NCBI GenBank assembly: GCA_963776345.1
Contig: CAVZMH010000016.1
Span: forward strand, 320,001 to 384,000
Reading direction: 5' to 3'
Source of the DNA: an uncultured delta proteobacterium
Lineage (GTDB): Bacteria; Myxococcota; Myxococcia; Myxococcales; Myxococcaceae
DNA: 64,000 nucleotides
Each line of letters starts with the position of its first letter. Positions within the stretch are counted from its first letter, which is position 1. This document shows, piece by piece, positions 59,563 through 64,000 of the stretch. The notes under the pieces were generated by a model. It had not been told where the DNA came from. It made no database searches and worked only from the letters and a program-made list of their open reading frames with translations. The translations under genes and the position numbers were made by a program.

Positions 59563-59709
59563 TCAGCCGACCGCGCCGACGCGCGCCTGGAAGGGGATGC
59601 TCAGCGTGCGCACCGAGTAGAGCGCGAGGATGTGCCCGAGGGCCCAGCGGTCATCCCGGGTGCCGGTGTCGGTGCGGACGGCGTCGGCGGTCGTGACGGC
59701 ATCGGCCAT
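59563..59709 (-). pseudogene. 48-aa ORF in the sdhC position; probably an internally deleted cytochrome b subunit
   Basis: MADAVTTADAVRTDTGTRDDRW|ALGHILALYSVRTLSIPFQARVGAVG*, 16 nt upstream of sdhA; no other sdhC between mdh and sdhA. Confidence 0.55.
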
Positions 59710-59742
59710 TGTCGAGTGTCCTGATTACCTCCCGCGGCGCGA

Positions 59743-60085
59743 CCTGACCATCGCGGGAGCCCCCGGAAAATCAGGGGCTTTCATGGCGGACAGGAGTCAC
59801 CCTGTCTTCCAGCACCCCGAGTGCAGAGGCAAGAAGAATCCGGAGGCGGACGCCTGGCACGCGGCGCGCCAAGCCCCGGGAACGCGGCGGCTCCGGGGAC
59901 ACCTGGCCCGCCCGCCAGCACGTCGCTGGCCCGGTCCTCGGGCGTTGCAGGTTTCAACGGATTTGAGTCTCCACGAGCGCCAGAGGCCCCGGCGTCGGCC
60001 GCGAGACCCGGAACGGCCCAAGCCCCGGGATGGTCAGGAAACGCACCTGACTAATTTCGAGAATTGGTCAGGTGACCTGCCTGAC
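59743..60085. repeat. IR-bracketed segment plus palindrome built from CCTGAC/GTCAGG half-sites
   Basis: cctgaccatcgcggg (59743-59757) / cccgggatggtcagg (60024-60038), 14 of 15 match; palindrome cacctgactaatt-tcgag-aattggtcaggtg (60044-60074). Confidence 0.65.
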
Positions 60086-60259
60086 TTTCTCGTCCCCCGA
60101 TCGGCCGAGACGTCGACGGAACGCTGCCATCGACGTCCGGGCCGGGCGCCTCCACTGCCCGTGCGAGCCTGGCGGCCCGGACGGGCATGGACCGCCGCGC
60201 TCTCCGGGCGGACGCTGGGGCCGCGGGGACAGACCGGCACCAGTCCCGAGGAGGGCAGG

Positions 60260-60757
60260 ATGGTTCCTGGATCGTCGTTCACCACACAGGTGCTGACCCG
60301 GCTCGTGGAACGCGGGCTCGCCCTGCCGACGCCCTCCCCGCCCGCCGGCCGGTACGAGCCCTTCCGGCTGCAACACGGCACCGGCTACCTGGCCGCGCAG
60401 TTCCCCTCCCGGGACGGGAAGTCGGTCCTCCAGGGGCGTGTCGGTCAGGAGTTGTCGGTGGAGCAGGGACGCGAGGCGGCGGCGCTCGCCGCGCTCTCGG
60501 CGATGGCCCGGATCCACCAGGCCCTCGGCGGGTTCGAGCAGCTCCAGGGTCTGCTGCGCGTGGACGGCTTCGTCGCTTCCGCGGAAGGCTTCCTCGATCA
60601 GCCGGAGGTCCTCGACGGCGCCTCCGATCTCCTTCTCTGGGCGTTGGGCGATCGCGGGAAGCACGCGCGGACCGCCTTTGCCGTGCCGCGCCTGCCGAAG
60701 AACAACAGCCTCGAGCTGATCGTCACCTTCGCTTACCAGGAGCCGCGGCGGCGATGA
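60260..60757 (+). CDS. RidA/YjgF family protein
   Basis: GLALP.P.PPAGRY, GRVGQELSVEQG, VDGFVAS, QPEVLDGASDLL, GKHARTA. Confidence 0.88.
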   Translation: MVPGSSFTTQVLTRLVERGLALPTPSPPAGRYEPFRLQHGTGYLAAQFPSRDGKSVLQGRVGQELSVEQGREAAALAALSAMARIHQALGGFEQLQGLLRVDGFVASAEGFLDQPEVLDGASDLLLWALGDRGKHARTAFAVPRLPKNNSLELIVTFAYQEPRRR

Positions 60758-61103
60758 CCCGCGGAGGGTCCCCGACCCGTAGGCGCTGGCCACGGGGCAA
60801 ACGCGCGCGCCTCGCCTGGCAGCGCGAACGACAGGCTGGGGTCACTCACCGATCCAGCTCCTCCCACCCCATTCGTCCTCGCCGGGCAGCACCATCCGGA
60901 GGCTCAGCCCATATCGGCGCCCCTCCAGGAGAAACGGGCGACCCGTTGCCTGGAGCAGACGGGCCTGGTGCCAGCACCGGCCATCGATCTCGATCCTCCC
61001 CGCGAGCGGGACCGCCTGACCCTCAAGCCGCCCGGGGTCGCCTCGCGTTCGGCGACTCGAAGCCGGGCCAGCCCGAAGGCCATCTCGCACTGTCTCGCGG
61101 ACG

Positions 61104-62042
61104 TTACAGCTTCACCTCGTCCACGGTCTTCTTCACCGAGGCGAACGACTTCTGGAGCTCCGCCTTCTCGCCCGCATCCAGCTCGAGCTCGATGATCTTC
61201 TCCACGCCGCCCGCGCCGATCTGCAGCGGCACGCCCATGAAGAAGCCGTTGATCCCGTACTGGCCCTCGAGATACGCCGCGCCCGGGAGCACCCGCTTCC
61301 GGTCGAAGACGTAGCTCTCCGCCATGGCGATGGCCGAGGCCGCCGGGCCGAAGTACGCCGAGCCGGTCTTGTAGAGATCCACCAGCTCTCCCCCACCCTT
61401 CCGGGTCCGGAGGACGACGGCGTCCAGCTTGTCCTTCGGCAGCATCTGGGTGAGCGGCACGCCGCCCACCGTCGAGTGCCGGAGCAGCGGGACCATGTCG
61501 TCCCCGTGGCCGCCGAGCACCAGCGCCTCGATGTCCCGCATCGACACGTTCAGCGCCTCGGCGACGAAGAACTTGAAGCGCGCGGTGTCCAGCACCCCCG
61601 CCATGCCGACCACCTGGCTCTTCTTGAACCCGGTGATCTTGAAGAGCGCGTACACCATCGCGTCCAGCGGGTTGGCCACGTTGATCACGAAGGCGTTCGG
61701 GCAATGGGCCTTCACGTTGCTCGCCACGTCCTTCATGATCTTCAGATTCACCGCCAGGAGGTCCTCGCGGCTCATCCCCGGCTTCCGGGGCATGCCGGCG
61801 GTGATGATCACCACGTCGCTGCCGCCCACGTCCTTCCAGTCGGTGGTCCCGGTGACCCGACAGTCGTACCCGTCCACCGCCGCCAGCTGGTTGATGTCCA
61901 GCGCCTTTCCCTTCACCAGCCCCTCGGCCACGGGGATGTCGTAGAGCACCACGTCCCCGAGCTGCTTCTGCACCGAGAGCAGGGCGAGGTTTCCGCCGAT
62001 CTGCCCGCCGCCGATGAGTCCGATCTTCCGCTTGCCGCCCAT
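61104..62042 (-). CDS. mdh: Malate dehydrogenase (LDH-like)
   Basis: [47 protein letters not shown]. Confidence 0.97.
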   Translation of the reverse strand: MGGKRKIGLIGGGQIGGNLALLSVQKQLGDVVLYDIPVAEGLVKGKALDINQLAAVDGYDCRVTGTTDWKDVGGSDVVIITAGMPRKPGMSREDLLAVNLKIMKDVASNVKAHCPNAFVINVANPLDAMVYALFKITGFKKSQVVGMAGVLDTARFKFFVAEALNVSMRDIEALVLGGHGDDMVPLLRHSTVGGVPLTQMLPKDKLDAVVLRTRKGGGELVDLYKTGSAYFGPAASAIAMAESYVFDRKRVLPGAAYLEGQYGINGFFMGVPLQIGAGGVEKIIELELDAGEKAELQKSFASVKKTVDEVKL

Positions 62043-62060
62043 GGTTCCCGTAGCCGCCTT

Positions 62061-63362
62061 TCACATCTTCTGAATGATGGCCTGGCCGAACTCCGAGCAC
62101 TTCAGTTCCTTCACCTCGCCGCGGCCGTCACCCTTCATCTGGCGGGCGAAGTCGTAGGTGACGGTGCGCGCCGCGATGGCGCCGTTCATCCCCTTCACGA
62201 TCAGGTCCGCCGCCTCGGTCCACCCGAGGTGCCGGAACATCATGTCGCCGGAGAGGATCACGCTCCCCGGGTTCACCTTGTCCAGGTCCGCGTACTTGGG
62301 CGCGGTGCCGTGCGTGGCCTCGAACACCGCGTGGCCGGTCACGTAGTTGATGTTCCCGCCCGGGGCGATGCCGATGCCGCCCACCTGCGCGGCGAGCGCG
62401 TCGCTGAGGTAGTCGCCGTTGAGGTTCAGGGTGGCGATGACGTCGAACTCGTCGGGCCGGGTCAGGACTTGCTGGAGCGTGATGTCGGCGATGGCGTCCT
62501 TGATCAGCAGCTTCCCCGAGGCGAGCGCCGCCTTCTGCTCGGCGTTCGCGGCGTCCTCGCCCTTCTTCGCCTTGGTCTCCTCCCACTGCTCCCAGGTGTA
62601 GACCTTCCCGCCGAACTCACGCTCCGCCAGCGCGTAGCCCCAGCCGCGGAACGCGCCCTCGGTGAACTTCATGATGTTGCCCTTGTGCACGAAGGTGACG
62701 CTCTTCCGCTTGTGCTCCAGGGCGTAGCGGATGGCGGCGCGGATCAGCCGCTCGCTCCCCTCGCGCGACACCGCCTTGATGCCGATCCCGCAGTCCTCGG
62801 CGAAGCGAATCTTCTTGAACTCCTTCGGGAAGCGCTCGCGGAACATGGCGAGGAAGGCCTGCGCCGGCTCCGAGCCCGCCTCGAACTCGATGCCGGCGTA
62901 GATGTCCTCGGTGTTCTCCCGGAAGATGACCATGTCCACCTTCTCCGGAGCCTTCACCGGGCTCGGCACGCCCTTGAAGTAGCGAACCGGCCGGAGGCAG
63001 ACGTAGAGGTCGAGCAGCTGCCGCAGCGCCACGTTGAGGCTGCGGATGCCGCCGCCGATGGGAGTGGTCAGCGGGCCCTTGATCCCCACCAGGTACGTGC
63101 GGAACGCCTCGATGGTCTCGTCGGGCAGCCAGTTCTTCGTCGCCTTGAACGCCTTCTCGCCGGCGAGCACCTCCATCCAGGCGATGGAGCGCTTCCCGCC
63201 GTACGCCTTGGCCACCGCGGCGTCGAACACCGCCTGCGACGCGCGCCAGATGTCCCGGCCTGTCCCGTCCCCCTCGATGAAGGGGAGAATCGGTCGGTTT
63301 GGGACGGACAGCGTCCCCGAGGACAGCGTGATCCGCTCACCTGCCGGAACGGGGTTGCTCAT
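62061..63362 (-). CDS. icd: Isocitrate dehydrogenase (NADP, homodimeric)
   Basis: [60 protein letters not shown]. Confidence 0.97.
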   Translation of the reverse strand: MSNPVPAGERITLSSGTLSVPNRPILPFIEGDGTGRDIWRASQAVFDAAVAKAYGGKRSIAWMEVLAGEKAFKATKNWLPDETIEAFRTYLVGIKGPLTTPIGGGIRSLNVALRQLLDLYVCLRPVRYFKGVPSPVKAPEKVDMVIFRENTEDIYAGIEFEAGSEPAQAFLAMFRERFPKEFKKIRFAEDCGIGIKAVSREGSERLIRAAIRYALEHKRKSVTFVHKGNIMKFTEGAFRGWGYALAEREFGGKVYTWEQWEETKAKKGEDAANAEQKAALASGKLLIKDAIADITLQQVLTRPDEFDVIATLNLNGDYLSDALAAQVGGIGIAPGGNINYVTGHAVFEATHGTAPKYADLDKVNPGSVILSGDMMFRHLGWTEAADLIVKGMNGAIAARTVTYDFARQMKGDGRGEVKELKCSEFGQAIIQKM

Positions 63363-63497
63363 GGCGGCCTCCCGAGTGCGAAATCCCTTGGCGGTCGGGG
63401 GGTATACGGGACGCGACAACGGCTCCGCAACCTGGAACAAGGTCGTACTCTTTTTGGTTGAATCGAGCCTCTCCCCGGTGAAATGACGCCCTACGCC

Positions 63498-64000
63498 ATG
63501 GCCAAAGACACGCTGAGCATCACCGACAACCGCAGCGGTAAGTCCTACGAGCTCCCGATCAAGGACGGGTGCATCAAGACGGCGGATCTCCGGCAGATCC
63601 GCCTCGACGAGCACGACTTCGGGCTGATGGGATACGACCCGGCGTTCCTCAACACCGCCAACTGCCGGAGCGCCATCACCTTCATCGACGGCGACAAGGG
63701 CATCCTCGAGTACCGCGGGTACCCCATCGAGCAGCTGGCCGAGAAGTCCAGCTACCTCGAGGTGGCATACCTGCTGATGAACGGCGAGCTGCCCTCACGC
63801 AAGCAGCTCGACGACTTCGTCTACACGGTCACCCACCACACCTACGTCCACGAGAACATCAAGGCGTACATGGACGGGTTCCGCTACAACGCCCACCCCA
63901 TGTCGATGCTGGCCGCGACCGTGGCCGCGCTCTCCTCCTTCTACCCCGAGGCGAAGAACATCAAGGACGGCGGAAACCGCCGCGTCCAGATGATCCGCAT
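63498..64000 (+). CDS. gltA: Citrate synthase, runs off the window edge
   Basis: [62 protein letters not shown]. Confidence 0.95.
   Translation, partial: MAKDTLSITDNRSGKSYELPIKDGCIKTADLRQIRLDEHDFGLMGYDPAFLNTANCRSAITFIDGDKGILEYRGYPIEQLAEKSSYLEVAYLLMNGELPSRKQLDDFVYTVTHHTYVHENIKAYMDGFRYNAHPMSMLAATVAALSSFYPEAKNIKDGGNRRVQMIR

Noticed and set aside
59853..59870. Sigma-54 promoter TGGCACG..GC
   Set aside because: The -12 element is poor (GCGC) and it is about 400 nt from the next + strand gene
60842..61090. 82-aa minus-strand ORF downstream of mdh
   Set aside because: Partly protein-like but with no RBS or recognisable motif; it may be a remnant but cannot be supported

Overview
Very GC-rich chromosomal window, most likely from a myxobacterium (Myxococcota). 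This is inferred from gene order and protein similarity and was not checked against a database. A housekeeping backbone (gltA / icd-mdh-[sdhC]-sdhAB-sucCD-ndk ... rlmN-rpsP-khpA-rimM-trmD-rplS-SMC-like-yraN-rsmI, M23 peptidase, sigma-54 regulator, murJ, S1 paralog) is split between ndk and rlmN by a ~30 kb accessory block. That block holds an amidase, a PHA module (phaZ, phaR, phasin, CoA-transferase, phaC, but no phaAB), a Liv-type ABC transporter, two paralogous small proteins with sigma-54-type promoters, a triple-repeat lipoprotein, alpha-2-macroglobulin-pbpC, a TMEM175 channel, lutABC, an outer-membrane protein, a methyltransferase resembling fungal sphingolipid C9-methyltransferase and an ArsR regulator. 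The left end has an acyl-CoA ligase / Liv-type ABC cluster. Most notable: (1) an unannotated 72-aa secreted six-cysteine CS-alpha-beta (defensin/scorpion-toxin-like) peptide gene inserted antisense inside lutABC; (2) a duplicated operator-promoter-RBS unit giving two in-frame phasin starts; (3) an internally deleted sdhC; (4) several inverted-repeat (MITE-like) elements. About a dozen frameshifts, almost all +1, point to sequencing indel errors rather than pseudogenes. I saw no rRNA, tRNA, CRISPR array or transposase.
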